From assembly GCA_001799715.1 (NCBI GenBank), contig MGTZ01000028.1:10954-74953 (forward strand): a stretch of 64,000 nucleotides of DNA, in the 5' to 3' direction. The notes under the pieces are model-generated. The model searched no databases and was not told the origin of the DNA. It saw only the letters and a list, made by a program, of their open reading frames with translations. Position numbers and translations under genes: made by a program. Of the stretch, positions 10,748 to 20,496 are shown one piece after another. Source of the stretch: Elusimicrobia bacterium GWB2_63_16. Its GTDB lineage: Bacteria > Elusimicrobiota > Elusimicrobia > Elusimicrobiales > UBA9959. How positions within the stretch are numbered: the stretch's first letter is position 1; every line of letters starts with the position of its first letter.

Positions 10748-12013
10748 TTAGACGTTCTCTTCCTTGATCACGGCCTTGCCCTTCACGAGGTCCATGGTCT
10801 TGCTCTCCACCATGGAAGCCCGTATGTATTCCTTGCGCTTCTCGAAAAGCTCGCGGCCCTTGGTCTTCTCCTCCTCGGTGTTGAGGCGGGCCATCACTTT
10901 CTCCAGCTCGGCGTCCAGTTCGGCGTCGGTGGCCTCGATCTTCTCTTTCTTGGCGATGTGGTGCAGGATATAGGTAAGCGACAGGTTGCGCTCGGCCACC
11001 GGCTTGAGGCGCTCGAGCATGGCCTCGTCGGGCAGGCGCTGCTCCATAGGGGCGCGGCGCTTGAACAGCTCCAGCAGCTCCTGGGCCTCTTCGTGGACCA
11101 GGGTGGGGGGCAGCGAGAGGGGGTTGCTCTTGATAAGCGCGTCCTCGAGCTGGCTCAGGAACTCTTTCTCGGTCTTCTCGGAGGCGCCCTGCTCCAGCAT
11201 CTTGCGCACGTTGACCTTGAGCTCGTCCACGGTCTTCACGCCGGCTTCCTTGAGGAAGTTCTCGTCGAGTTCCGGCACCACCTTGGCCTTGATCTCGTTG
11301 ACGGTCACCTTGAAATGCATCTTCTTGTCGCCGAAGGGCGCGTCGAACTCGCGGCTCTCGCCCTTCTTGGCGCCGATGACCGCGTCGGCCAGGCCGGCGA
11401 TGGTCTGCGGGCTGGAGAGGTCAACGATCTCGCCCTTCACGGCCCCGTCCTTCACCGGGACGCCGTTCTCGAGCGTGTCGTAGTCCACTATCACGAAGTG
11501 GTCCTTGGCCGCGGCCTCGCCTTCGGCGGCGGGCTTGAGGTAGGCGTTGTACTCGCGCACCTGCGTGATGTACTTTTCCACGTCGGCGTCGCTGACCTTG
11601 TGCGTCTTGCGCGTGGCGGCGATCTTCTCGTAGCCCTTGGGCTCCAGGGTGGGGGCGCATTCGAACTGCAGCTCGAAGTAAAGGTTCTTCTCCGGCTCGT
11701 AGGTCACGTTGCGCAGCATCGGGGCCACTACGGGGTTGAGCTGGGAGGTCTTGAGGATCTCGGGCAGGGCCGACTTGGCGGCGATGTCGAGGACCTCGTC
11801 CTTGACCATGGAGGGGAACTGGCCCTTGATCATCGCGAGCGGCACCTTGCCGACGCGGAAACCGGGCAGGCTGACCACGCTCTGCAGGCGCACGAGGGCG
11901 GCCTCGGAGGCCTCGCCCAGCTGCTTGGAGTCCAGCGTGACGCCGAACAGGTGCACGCAGCCGTCCTGCTTTATCTTCTTTATCTTATCTCCGAAACCAA
12001 GAGCGATGTTCAT
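10748..12013 (-). CDS. tig: Trigger factor
   Basis: 421 aa. PGFRVGKVP ribosome-binding motif region, central PPIase-like part. GGAGG SD. Position upstream of clpP. Confidence 0.9.
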   Translation of the reverse strand: MNIALGFGDKIKKIKQDGCVHLFGVTLDSKQLGEASEAALVRLQSVVSLPGFRVGKVPLAMIKGQFPSMVKDEVLDIAAKSALPEILKTSQLNPVVAPMLRNVTYEPEKNLYFELQFECAPTLEPKGYEKIAATRKTHKVSDADVEKYITQVREYNAYLKPAAEGEAAAKDHFVIVDYDTLENGVPVKDGAVKGEIVDLSSPQTIAGLADAVIGAKKGESREFDAPFGDKKMHFKVTVNEIKAKVVPELDENFLKEAGVKTVDELKVNVRKMLEQGASEKTEKEFLSQLEDALIKSNPLSLPPTLVHEEAQELLELFKRRAPMEQRLPDEAMLERLKPVAERNLSLTYILHHIAKKEKIEATDAELDAELEKVMARLNTEEEKTKGRELFEKRKEYIRASMVESKTMDLVKGKAVIKEENV

Positions 12014-12044
12014 GTGTTCCTCCGGGAGTAATTTGTTTTCAGAG

Positions 12045-12128
12045 TGTCGGGACGGGGACTTGAACCCCGACGGGTGTTACCCCACATGGTCCTAAGCCAT
12101 GCGCGTCTGCCAATTCCGCCATCCCGAC
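12045..12128 (-). tRNA. tRNA-Leu (anticodon TAG)
   Basis: Reverse complement GTCGGGATGGCGGAATTGGCAGACGCGCATGGCTTAGGACCATG...GGTTCAAGTCCCCGTCCCGACA. Class II tRNA with long variable arm. Anticodon loop CTTAGGA. Confidence 0.9.
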
Positions 12129-12149
12129 CCGGAAAACGGTCCGCTGCAG

Positions 12150-12233
12150 CATACAAATAAAAAGGAGTAATGAGTTCTGAGTTCCGGGGTGGTCGCGCCT
12201 TCGCCCTTTTACTCGCCGACTACTCATTACTCC
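12150..12233 (-). terminator. Extended hairpin plus U-run in the tRNA-Lys/tRNA-Leu spacer (terminator or processing element)
   Basis: 12-bp perfect stem ggagtaatgagt (12164-12175) / actcattactcc (12222-12233). Followed on the minus strand by TTTTTATTT. Confidence 0.35.
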
Positions 12234-12252
12234 GCTTTGCGTTCAAATCTTT

Positions 12253-12324
12253 TGGGCCATACGGGATTCGAACCTGTAACCTTGCGCTTAAGAGGCGCCT
12301 GCTCTACCGTTGAGCTAATGGCCC
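12253..12324 (-). tRNA. tRNA-Lys (anticodon CTT)
   Basis: Reverse complement GGGCCATTAGCTCAACGGTAGAGCAGGCGCCTCTTAAGCGCAAGGTTACAGGTTCGAATCCCGTATGGCCCA. 72 nt cloverleaf with anticodon loop CTCTTAA. One A-C mismatch in the T stem. Confidence 0.85.
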
Positions 12325-12332
12325 GCACGAAT

Positions 12333-12360
12333 ATTATACATAAACGGAAAAAAACTTCAA
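12333..12360 (-). promoter_or_regulatory. Sigma70-like promoter of the tRNA unit
   Basis: On the minus strand: TTGAAG (12360-12355), 16 nt spacer, TGTATAAT (-10 at 12338-12333). The -10 lies 8 nt upstream of the tRNA-Lys 5' end. Confidence 0.5.
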
Positions 12361-12427
12361 AATATTTTTTTTCGCTACGGCGGGCGGAGGGCTTCCCTTG
12401 CGGGCGCATAATTGCTAAATTTGTGCT

Positions 12428-14467
12428 ATGCTGAAGCTGAAAACCGCACTGCTGTGCCTGGCCCTGCCGGCGTTCGCCGCGGCCTCGCGCGCGCAGGAAG
12501 ACCTCTCTAAATTATATTCCGACGCCGCCGCGCAGTGGCTGGACGGCAGGCCCGAGGACGCCGCCGGCGCGCTGAAGTACGTGGTCTACCGCTCCTCCGA
12601 CCAGGCGCTTAACGCCGCCGCGCTGCGCGACCTCGCCGCGCTGTTCGCCGAGGCCGGCAAGAACGGCGAGGCGCTGGCCTACCTCGCCAAGGGCGAGATG
12701 CTCAGCCCCGAGGATTTCCACATACACCTGGAGAAGGGCTGGAACCTGCTGAGCCTGGAGAAGCACCAGGACGCCAGGGCCTCCTTCTCCAAGGCGCTGA
12801 CGCTCACGGCCGACCAGGACCTGGCCAGCCAGGCGCGTTTCGGCCTGGCCCTCGCCGAGGAACAGCTGGGCGGGCCGGCCGCCGCCATCGAGGAGCTGCG
12901 CTCCGTCTACACCCGCTACCCGTACCTGCTCTCGCCGGCGGCGCAGCTCATCAGCGCCAACCTGGAGCGGCTCAAGAAGCGGCCGCACGCCGTCAACTTC
13001 ATTAAGGAAGCGCTGACCTACGACCAGCGCAACATCCAGGCCGAGCTGGACCTGGCCAGGCTCTACGAGGAATCCGATTTCCAGGTGCCCGCCTGGCAGA
13101 CCTACTACACGCTCTCCGACATGGACCCGGAGGAGCCCTTCTTTATAGAGAAGGAGAAGAAACTGCGCAAGTACGTAAAGGGCCGCCTTGACAACCTGCT
13201 GTACTGGGGACGCATGGCCTGGCCCGCCCACAAGGACCCGCTGCCGCAGGCGGGGGCGAAGGTGAAGGTCGGCCTCTACGCCGACAAACACGGCGTCCCG
13301 TCCCTGATCACGGCCTTCAGCTTTATCTGCGCCGGCGAGTTCACACTGATCGACACGCGCCTGGGCGAGATCGCTACCGGCAGGCCCGGCATGCAGTGGA
13401 GCGTCACCTACGACGAGATGAACCGGGTCTACCAGATCCGCGACAGCATGCAGTCGGCGGCCCATACTACCACCAACAGCCTGCGCATAGTCCCCAAGGT
13501 GCCCGGCACCGTCATCCTTATAAAGAACCCGGAGCTGCCGGGCGTGCACGGAGTTAACCGCGGCGACAGGGAGGTCTCGGGCGAGCTGACCGCGCTGGTG
13601 CGCGAGAAGGGCGTCTGGCTGATCAACGAGACCCGCCTGGAGAACTTAGTGGCGCCGGTCACCTCCCGACTGGCCGACAGCTCGCGGCTGCCGGAGCAGC
13701 TCAAGGCCATAGCCGTGACGGTGCGCACGCGCCTGGAACGGCTGTCCAAGCTGTTCGTCCACGAGAGCCGCGAGTACCAGCTGTGCGACTCCGTACACTG
13801 CCTGGCTTTCCCCGGCGTGCAGGCCCAGAGCGGGCCGGCCACCGCGGCCGCGCACGCCACGCGCGGCGAGACCCTGCAGGCGGCGGCCGGCGGCCTGGCG
13901 CCGGCACACATGCACAGGGCCTGCGGCGGCTTCACGGAGAGCGGCGTCAGCGACGGCGGCAGGCCCCTGCCGCGCCTGACCCCCTTCAGCCTTTACGCCC
14001 ACACCCTGAGCGGACCGCCGCCCGGGCTGCTATGCCTGTCGGAGGACAAGACCGTCAGTTCCGACGTTTACTGGACGCTGCTGCTGAACCCGAAGTGGAT
14101 CGAGAACCGGGTGAACCGCATAAAGAAAGTAGGCTACGTGACCGCCATCGTCCCGCTGGGCCGGGCCCATAACGGCAAGATCAAGGCCCTGCGCGTGGAC
14201 GGCACGGCCGGCTCGGCGGTGGTGGAAGGCGCCGACGCCATCGCCACGGTGCTCGGCGCGGGCGCGCTGCGGTCCACGCTGTTCAGCATCCGCCCGGTCT
14301 ACAAGGGCAAGTACCCGCGCTTCTTCCTGCTGCGCGGCATCGGCACCGGCGACGGCGGCGGCCTCTGCCTGCTGGGCGCCGGCGGCCTGGCCAAGACGCG
14401 CGGCGCCAAGTACCGCGACATACTCAAACACTACTTCCCCTTATATAAGGTAGGGAAGGCCCGCTAG
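12428..14467 (+). CDS. TPR repeat plus SpoIID/LytB domain protein
   Basis: Signal peptide, N-terminal TPR-like repeats. C-terminal part has EYQLCDSVHCLAFPG and a GETL context typical of the SpoIID/LytB amidase-enhancer domain. Confidence 0.8.
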   Translation: MLKLKTALLCLALPAFAAASRAQEDLSKLYSDAAAQWLDGRPEDAAGALKYVVYRSSDQALNAAALRDLAALFAEAGKNGEALAYLAKGEMLSPEDFHIHLEKGWNLLSLEKHQDARASFSKALTLTADQDLASQARFGLALAEEQLGGPAAAIEELRSVYTRYPYLLSPAAQLISANLERLKKRPHAVNFIKEALTYDQRNIQAELDLARLYEESDFQVPAWQTYYTLSDMDPEEPFFIEKEKKLRKYVKGRLDNLLYWGRMAWPAHKDPLPQAGAKVKVGLYADKHGVPSLITAFSFICAGEFTLIDTRLGEIATGRPGMQWSVTYDEMNRVYQIRDSMQSAAHTTTNSLRIVPKVPGTVILIKNPELPGVHGVNRGDREVSGELTALVREKGVWLINETRLENLVAPVTSRLADSSRLPEQLKAIAVTVRTRLERLSKLFVHESREYQLCDSVHCLAFPGVQAQSGPATAAAHATRGETLQAAAGGLAPAHMHRACGGFTESGVSDGGRPLPRLTPFSLYAHTLSGPPPGLLCLSEDKTVSSDVYWTLLLNPKWIENRVNRIKKVGYVTAIVPLGRAHNGKIKALRVDGTAGSAVVEGADAIATVLGAGALRSTLFSIRPVYKGKYPRFFLLRGIGTGDGGGLCLLGAGGLAKTRGAKYRDILKHYFPLYKVGKAR

Positions 14468-15613
14468 ATGCTCAAGGTTGCGCACATCATCACCCGCCTG
14501 GACTTCGGCGGCGCGCAGGGCAACACGCTGCACACGGCGCGCACGCTCGATAAGTCGCGCTTCGAGGCCAGCATCGTCTGCGGCCACTGGGGAGACCTGG
14601 AGCACAGGGTTTTCGACAAGCACATCCGCTACGCTGAGCACCTCGTCAGGCAGATATCGCCGCTGAAGGATATCCGGGCTTTCTTCGAGCTGCTCAAGAT
14701 CCTGAAAGAATTAAAGCCGGACATAGTCCACACGCATTCATCGAAAGCCGGCATACTGGGCCGGCTCGCTGCGGCCGCGGCGGGGGTACCGGTAATAGTC
14801 CACACCTTCCACGGCTTCGGCTTCCACCCGCTGCAGAGCGCGCCGGTGCGCGGGCTTTACGTCTTCCTGGAGAAGATCTGCGCCTGGTTCAGCGACGCGC
14901 TGATCTTCGTCTCGAAGTCAAACCTGGAGACGGCGCGGGCCCTCGGCATAGGAGCTCCCGCCCGCTACCACCTGATACGCAGCGGCGTCGCGCTGGCCGC
15001 GTACCCCGCGAAAGCGGACCGCGCAGTCAAACGGGCGGTTATCGGTCTGGACGACACCCACACCGTAGTGTTCAGCATCGGCAACACCAAACCGCAGAAG
15101 AACCCGGACCACTTCATCGAGGCCGCGCGGCGCCTGGCGCCCAAATTCCCGTCGGCACGCTTCGTCTTCGCCGGCGGCGGCGCCGAGCTGAAAAAATACC
15201 AGGACAAAGTTCGGGAGCTCGAGCTGGAAAAAGCATGCCTGTTCATCGGCTGGCGCGAGGACACGGCCGAGTTGCTGGCCGCCTCTGACATTTTCGCCAT
15301 GACCTCGCTGTGGGAGGGCCTGCCCCGCGCGCTGGTGGAGGCGCTGCGCACCGGCCTGCCCTCCGTCTGCTACGCCACCGACGGCGTCACGGACATACTG
15401 AAGAGCGGCGTGAACGGCTGCTGCGTGCCGCAGGGCGACCTGGCCGCTTTCTGCGATTCCCTGGCAGCCCTGCTCGGCGACGCCGCGCTGCGCGCCCGGC
15501 TGGCCGCCGGGGCGGCCGCCACGGACCTGGCCGAATTCGACATAGATTTCATGGTCAGGCAGCAGGAAGAGCTTTACGAAGAACTGGCCGGCGGCAAAGG
15601 ACCCTCACGATGA
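14468..15613 (+). CDS. Glycosyltransferase family 4
   Basis: MLKVAHIITRLDFGGAQ N-terminus and EGLPRALVEALRTGLP (E-x7-E type region). ATG directly follows the upstream stop. Confidence 0.85.
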   Translation: MLKVAHIITRLDFGGAQGNTLHTARTLDKSRFEASIVCGHWGDLEHRVFDKHIRYAEHLVRQISPLKDIRAFFELLKILKELKPDIVHTHSSKAGILGRLAAAAAGVPVIVHTFHGFGFHPLQSAPVRGLYVFLEKICAWFSDALIFVSKSNLETARALGIGAPARYHLIRSGVALAAYPAKADRAVKRAVIGLDDTHTVVFSIGNTKPQKNPDHFIEAARRLAPKFPSARFVFAGGGAELKKYQDKVRELELEKACLFIGWREDTAELLAASDIFAMTSLWEGLPRALVEALRTGLPSVCYATDGVTDILKSGVNGCCVPQGDLAAFCDSLAALLGDAALRARLAAGAAATDLAEFDIDFMVRQQEELYEELAGGKGPSR

Positions 15614-16563
15614 GCGTGATAATTTCGGCGGTGATCCCGGTATTCAACGAGGCGGAGAACCTCGAGGCGTTCGAGCGCGAGCTGTCGGCGGCCCTGGCCT
15701 CGTCGCGGCAGGCGCACGAGATCCTCTGGGTGGACGACGGCAGCACCGACGGCTCCTTCGCCCGCCTCAAGGCCTTCGCGGCCAAGCCCGGCCAGAGCGC
15801 GCTGCGCCTGGCCCGCAATTACGGCCAGACCTCGGCGCTGGCCGCCGGCATCGCCGCGGCCCGGGGGGAGTGGATAGTGACGCTCGACGCCGACGGACAG
15901 AACGACCCGGAAGACATCCCCCGCCTGCTGGCCGCCGCCGCCGGCGGGGCGGACGTGGTGAGCGGCTGGCGCCGCCGCCGGCAGGACGACTTTTTTACGC
16001 GCGTGCTGCCCTCGCGCGCCGCCAACGCCTTCATCGCCTGGACCACCGGCGTGCGCCTGCACGACTTCGGCTGCACGCTGAAGGTTTACCGGGCCTCGCT
16101 GCTCAAGGCCGTGGACCTCTACGGCGAGATGCACCGCTTCCTGCCGGCGATACTCGCCTACTCCGGCGCCGTAGTGACGGAGCTGGAGGTCAACCACCGG
16201 CCCCGCACTGCGGGGCGCTCCAAGTACGGCCTCTTCCGGACTTTTAAAGTGGTGCTGGACCTGCTCACCGTGAAGTTCATGGGGGATTTTATCACCAAGC
16301 CCATCTACCTCTTCGGCGGGCTCAGCCTGGGCCTGCTGGCGGCCGCGGGCCTGATGGCCGGCTATACGCTGTACAACAAGCTCTTCAACGGCATCTTCGT
16401 CAAGGACCAGCCGCTGTTCCTGCTGGCCATCTTCTTCGCGCTGGTCGCCGTACAGTTCGCCGTGCTGGGCCTGCTGGCCGAGGTGCTGATACGCACCTAC
16501 CATTCTTCCAGCCGCAGGCCGCCCTACAACGTGGCCGAAAAGGCCGGCGGCGGCGCCCGGTAG
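15610..16563 (+). CDS. GT2 polyprenyl-phosphate glycosyltransferase (GtrB/ArnC-like)
   Basis: Track ORF trimmed to MSVIISAVIPVFNEAENL at 15610 (ATGA overlap). VDDGSTDGS and LDADGQNDPEDI motifs. Two C-terminal TM helices. Confidence 0.85.
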   Translation: MSVIISAVIPVFNEAENLEAFERELSAALASSRQAHEILWVDDGSTDGSFARLKAFAAKPGQSALRLARNYGQTSALAAGIAAARGEWIVTLDADGQNDPEDIPRLLAAAAGGADVVSGWRRRRQDDFFTRVLPSRAANAFIAWTTGVRLHDFGCTLKVYRASLLKAVDLYGEMHRFLPAILAYSGAVVTELEVNHRPRTAGRSKYGLFRTFKVVLDLLTVKFMGDFITKPIYLFGGLSLGLLAAAGLMAGYTLYNKLFNGIFVKDQPLFLLAIFFALVAVQFAVLGLLAEVLIRTYHSSSRRPPYNVAEKAGGGAR

Positions 16564-16575
16564 CGCCCCCCGCGT

Positions 16576-16604
16576 TTGACTGGCCCCTCTATAGTTGATA
16601 TTGT
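16576..16604 (+). promoter_or_regulatory. Sigma70-like promoter directly abutting the yceD start
   Basis: TTGACT (16576-16581), 17 nt spacer, TATTGT (16599-16604). ATG at 16613 is only 8 nt downstream, with no well-spaced SD. Confidence 0.45.
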
Positions 16605-16612
16605 ATTAGGCT

Positions 16613-17113
16613 ATGGAGGACAATAACCCTCTCGTTTTTAAATACGACGACATCAGGGACCGCGGCGGCCTCAATGTAAAACTGTCCCTGCCGGCGGCCG
16701 ACTACGCCGACGCCTTCGAGCGCCCCGACATGCTCAAGAAGGTGGACGTAGAAATGGATTTTTCCGTCGGGGGGGACTCCGTGCTGCTGGAGGGCCGGGC
16801 GGCGGCGGTTCTGGCGCTGGACTGCTCGCGCTGCGGCGAGCCGGTGACGCGCTCCTTCGAGGACGCTTTTGACGAGGTATACCCCGATTCGCTAGAATAT
16901 ATAGATACGCGCGAAGTGGTCAGGGAAACGGTAGCCCTGCTGGCGCCTATAAAGATCTTGTGCTCGGACGGATGCAAGGGCCGGTGCCTGGTGTGCGGGG
17001 TCAACCGCAATCTCCAGGCCTGTACCTGCAAGGCTGAATATAACAGCTCCTTCCAAGCCCTGAAGGACCTGAAGTTGGACAAGCCGGAAAACCCCGGGAA
17101 GAAGAAGCTTTAG
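16613..17113 (+). CDS. yceD: DUF177 / YceD family protein
   Basis: 166 aa, CxxC...C..C..C cluster near the C-terminus. Conserved position immediately upstream of rpmF. Confidence 0.8.
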   Translation: MEDNNPLVFKYDDIRDRGGLNVKLSLPAADYADAFERPDMLKKVDVEMDFSVGGDSVLLEGRAAAVLALDCSRCGEPVTRSFEDAFDEVYPDSLEYIDTREVVRETVALLAPIKILCSDGCKGRCLVCGVNRNLQACTCKAEYNSSFQALKDLKLDKPENPGKKKL

Positions 17114-17135
17114 TAAATAACGAGGTACAACAACT

Positions 17136-17348
17136 ATGCCTAATCCCAAACGCAAACACACACCGATGCGCCGTGACAAGCGCCGCTCGCAGAACTGGAA
17201 GCTGGAAGTGAAGTCGCTGTCGCCCTGCGGCAACTGCGGCGCGCTCCGCCTGCCCCACCGCGTCTGCCCTTCCTGCGGTTCCTACAACGGCAAGATCGAA
17301 GTGGCGCAGAAAGTCGCCAAGAACGAAGAAGGCAACGAGCAGAAATAA
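17136..17348 (+). CDS. rpmF: 50S ribosomal protein L32
   Basis: MPNPKRKHTPMRRDKRRS N-terminus and CxxC...CxxC zinc ribbon. Confidence 0.9.
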   Translation: MPNPKRKHTPMRRDKRRSQNWKLEVKSLSPCGNCGALRLPHRVCPSCGSYNGKIEVAQKVAKNEEGNEQK

Positions 17349-17365
17349 CCTCCCGGGACGCTAAG

Positions 17366-18394
17366 ATGCGAATAGCTCTTGACGCTCACGGCGGTGATTT
17401 CGGCCTGAAGCCCAACGTAGAAGGGGCCCTGCTGGCCGTGAAAAAGCTGCCCCACGAGGTGATACTCGTGGGCAGGGACCCGGAAATACGGGAGGAACTC
17501 CGTCGCCTCGGCGCGGAGAACCCCGAGCGGATAACCATAGTCCACGCTCCCCAGGTGGTGGACATGGCCGGCGAGCCCGTGGGGGAATGCCGCGCCAAGC
17601 CCGACTCTTCGCTGATGGTCGGGGCGGCCCTCGTCAGCGAGGGCAAGGCGGACGCTTTCGTGTCCGCCGGCAATTCCGGGGCCATCATGGTGGCCTCCCT
17701 GCTGAACCTCAAGCGCATCCCCGGCGTGATCCGCCCCGCGATAGCGGCCCCGCTGCCGACGTTCAAAGGCACCTGCGTGCTGCTGGACGCCGGCGCCAAC
17801 ATGGACTGCAAGCCCTGGCACCTGGCGCAGTTCGCCGTGATGGGCTCGGTCTACATGAAGTCCCTGTTCAAAATAGAGAACCCTTCGGTGGGCCTGCTCT
17901 CGATAGGCGAGGAGGAGACCAAGGGCAACGCGCTCGTGCAGGAGTCGCTGCCGCTGATCAAGAACATGGGCGTCAATTTCTTCGGCCCGGTGGAAGGCCG
18001 AGACATCCCGGAGGGCCTTACCGACGTGGTGGTGGCCGACGGCTTCACCGGCAACGTGGCGCTGAAACTCTACGAGGGCAGCGCCAAAACAGTTTTCAAG
18101 ATGCTCAAAGAGCAGATCATGCGCAAGTTCACCTACAAGATAGGCGCGATGCTGATGCGCAAGCTCTTCGCCGACATGAAGGTCAAGATGAGCGTGGACA
18201 TTTACGGCGGGGCCCCGCTGCTGGGCGTCAACGGCGTAGTGCTGGTCTGCCACGGCAAGGTCACCTCGAACGCTATCTTCAACGCCGTGCGCGTCAGCGC
18301 CGAGCTGGCCGCCGCCGGCATGGTCACCCATATCAGGAAGCGGATGGAACAGGTGAAAGACAAGATCTCGGCCGCCAGGGAGCAGGACGCATGA
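17366..18394 (+). CDS. plsX: Phosphate acyltransferase PlsX
   Basis: MRIALDAHGGD..., SAGNSGA, and VVADGFTGNVALK motifs. Confidence 0.95.
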   Translation: MRIALDAHGGDFGLKPNVEGALLAVKKLPHEVILVGRDPEIREELRRLGAENPERITIVHAPQVVDMAGEPVGECRAKPDSSLMVGAALVSEGKADAFVSAGNSGAIMVASLLNLKRIPGVIRPAIAAPLPTFKGTCVLLDAGANMDCKPWHLAQFAVMGSVYMKSLFKIENPSVGLLSIGEEETKGNALVQESLPLIKNMGVNFFGPVEGRDIPEGLTDVVVADGFTGNVALKLYEGSAKTVFKMLKEQIMRKFTYKIGAMLMRKLFADMKVKMSVDIYGGAPLLGVNGVVLVCHGKVTSNAIFNAVRVSAELAAAGMVTHIRKRMEQVKDKISAAREQDA

Positions 18395-19137
18395 AGCGCC
18401 TCGAAGGCAAGACCGCCCTGGTGACCGGCGCCGCCCGCGGCATAGGCCTGGAGATCGCCCTGGCCTTCGCCGCCGAAGGCGCGGCCGTGGCCGTGGCAGA
18501 CCTGTCGCAGGAAGACTGCGCCGCCGCCGCCGCGGACATAGCGGCCAGGACGGGGGCGAAGACCGCCGGCATAGCCCTGAACGTGACCAGCGAGGCCGAC
18601 TGCGAGCGCGCCGTGGCCGAGACCGAGAAAGCCTTCGGCCGGCTCGACATCCTGGTCAACAACGCCGGCATCACCAAGGACGGCCTGGTGCTGCGCATGA
18701 AAGAGGCGGACTTCGACTCCGTGATCGCCGTGAACCTGAAGGGGTCTTTCCTGATGGCCAAAGCGGCCTCCAGGCCGATGCTCAAGGCCCGCGCCGGCCG
18801 CATCATAAACATTTCCTCGGTGGTGGGCCAGACCGGCCAGGCGGGCCAGGCCAACTACTCGGCCTCGAAGGCCGGCCTGATAGGCCTGACCAAGTCGCTC
18901 GCGCGCGAGTTCGCGCCGCGCCAGGTGCTGGTGAACGCGGTGGCGCCGGGGTTCATCCGCACGCGCATGACCGACGGCCTCAAGGACGAGGCCAAAGCTA
19001 AGATCTCTGAAATGATACCGCTGGGCCGCATGGGCGAGCCCGGCGAGGTGGCGAAAGCTGCCCTGTTCCTGGCGGGGGATGATTCCGCTTACATCACCGG
19101 CCAGGTGCTCGCCGTAAACGGCGGGCTCTACATGTAG
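18391..19137 (+). CDS. fabG: 3-oxoacyl-ACP reductase
   Basis: Track ORF trimmed to MKRLEGKTALVTGAARGIG at 18391 (ATGA overlap with plsX). NNAG and YSASKAG SDR motifs. Confidence 0.9.
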   Translation: MKRLEGKTALVTGAARGIGLEIALAFAAEGAAVAVADLSQEDCAAAAADIAARTGAKTAGIALNVTSEADCERAVAETEKAFGRLDILVNNAGITKDGLVLRMKEADFDSVIAVNLKGSFLMAKAASRPMLKARAGRIINISSVVGQTGQAGQANYSASKAGLIGLTKSLAREFAPRQVLVNAVAPGFIRTRMTDGLKDEAKAKISEMIPLGRMGEPGEVAKAALFLAGDDSAYITGQVLAVNGGLYM

Positions 19138-19185
19138 CAGGGAACGCGGATCCAAGCGGATTTATACTAAGCAGGAGGCAATACA

Positions 19186-19434
19186 ATGGCTGTTGAGAAC
19201 TTCGAAGAGAGAGTTAAGAAAATCATAACCGAGCAGCTCGCCGTCGACGCGGCCGAGGTCACCCCGCAGGCCCAGTTCGTACAGGACCTCGGCGCCGACT
19301 CGCTCGACACCGTCGAACTGGTCATGGCGCTCGAAGAGGAATTCGACATCGAGATCCCGGACGAGGACGCCGAGAAGATCAAGACCGTCGGCATGGCGAT
19401 CTCCTACATCAAGGAAAAGGCGAAGAAAGACTGA
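19186..19434 (+). CDS. acpP: Acyl carrier protein
   Basis: 82 aa with the [19 protein letters not shown] phosphopantetheine site. Confidence 0.95.
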   Translation: MAVENFEERVKKIITEQLAVDAAEVTPQAQFVQDLGADSLDTVELVMALEEEFDIEIPDEDAEKIKTVGMAISYIKEKAKKD

Positions 19435-19444
19435 GCCGCCTTTA

Positions 19445-20131
19445 ATGCCTTCCCTTGAAGAAGTAATAGCCTACAAGTTCAAGGACAGGGAACTGCTGGC
19501 CGAGGCCCTCACCCATAAGTCGCACGCGACTGAAAGGGGAGGGCCGCGCCATAACGAGCGCCTGGAGTTCCTGGGCGACAGCGTCCTTGGGATGGTGGCG
19601 GCCTATTACCTGTTCATAAAGAACCCCTCCGAAGACGAGGGGTTCCTTTCAAAGACCAAGTCCGCGATAGTCTCGCGAGCCAACCTGGCGCGCTGGGCCG
19701 AAGCGCTGGGCCTGGGGCATCATCTTTATTTCGGGGCCGGCGAACATCTCAGCGGCGGGGCCAAGCGCCAGAGCAACCTGGCCAACGCGCTGGAGGCGGT
19801 GCTGGGCGCCGTCTACCTCGACGGGGGGCTGGGCGAAGTGGAGAAGATCATCATCCCGTGGCTGGAAGGGCAGGGCCCGGACAAGCTCGACGCCGACTAC
19901 AAGAGCTCGCTGCAGGAGCTGATCCAGAAGCGCCACAAACGGCCGCCCGACTACGAGCTGATGAGCGAGGCCGGCCCTGAGCACGAGAAACTTTTCACGG
20001 TGCGGGTCTACCTGGGCCAGAAGACGCTGGGCCTGGGCTCGGGCAAGAACAAGAAGGAAGCGCAGCAGGCCGCCGCCAGGAACGCCCTGGACTACCTGGC
20101 CACCCACGAAATAACCAAGCGCGATATCTAG
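19445..20131 (+). CDS. rnc: Ribonuclease III
   Basis: NERLEFLGDSVL catalytic signature and a C-terminal dsRBD (GSGKNKKEAQQAAARNAL). Confidence 0.95.
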   Translation: MPSLEEVIAYKFKDRELLAEALTHKSHATERGGPRHNERLEFLGDSVLGMVAAYYLFIKNPSEDEGFLSKTKSAIVSRANLARWAEALGLGHHLYFGAGEHLSGGAKRQSNLANALEAVLGAVYLDGGLGEVEKIIIPWLEGQGPDKLDADYKSSLQELIQKRHKRPPDYELMSEAGPEHEKLFTVRVYLGQKTLGLGSGKNKKEAQQAAARNALDYLATHEITKRDI

Positions 20132-20157
20132 CCGGCCGCCCGGCGGGGGAGGATAGC

Positions 20158-20496
20158 GTGAAGACGATCAAGACCAAAAAAGAATTCGAGGCCGAGCTGG
20201 CCGCGCCCGGCGGGCGGCTGGCCCTGTTCTATTCGGACTGGTGTCCTTTCTGCACGGCCTTCCTGCCGGCCTTTGAAAAGCTGGCCCATGGCGCGCCGGA
20301 GGCGGCCTTCAAGGTCTGCGTGGACGACCTGGGCGAACTCGAGGACCTGTTCTCGGTGGAAGTTGTGCCGACCGTGCTCTATTTCGTGGAAGGCAAACTG
20401 GCCAAGCGCCTCGATGGCCGTCTGGGCAGGGGCCTCAGCGCCGAAGGCCTTAGCGCCTTCTGCGCCAGCTGCGCCCCCAAGGGGCACAAGAAGTGA
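20158..20496 (+). CDS. Thioredoxin-family protein
   Basis: 112 aa with a WCPFC redox motif. GTG start. Confidence 0.75.
   Translation: MKTIKTKKEFEAELAAPGGRLALFYSDWCPFCTAFLPAFEKLAHGAPEAAFKVCVDDLGELEDLFSVEVVPTVLYFVEGKLAKRLDGRLGRGLSAEGLSAFCASCAPKGHKK

Noticed and set aside
12039-12434. Three small ORFs (12039-12227, 12189-12434, 12227-12409) overlapping the tRNA region.
   Set aside because: They overlap two well-formed tRNA genes and their promoter and spacer. They have no SD and no coding bias.
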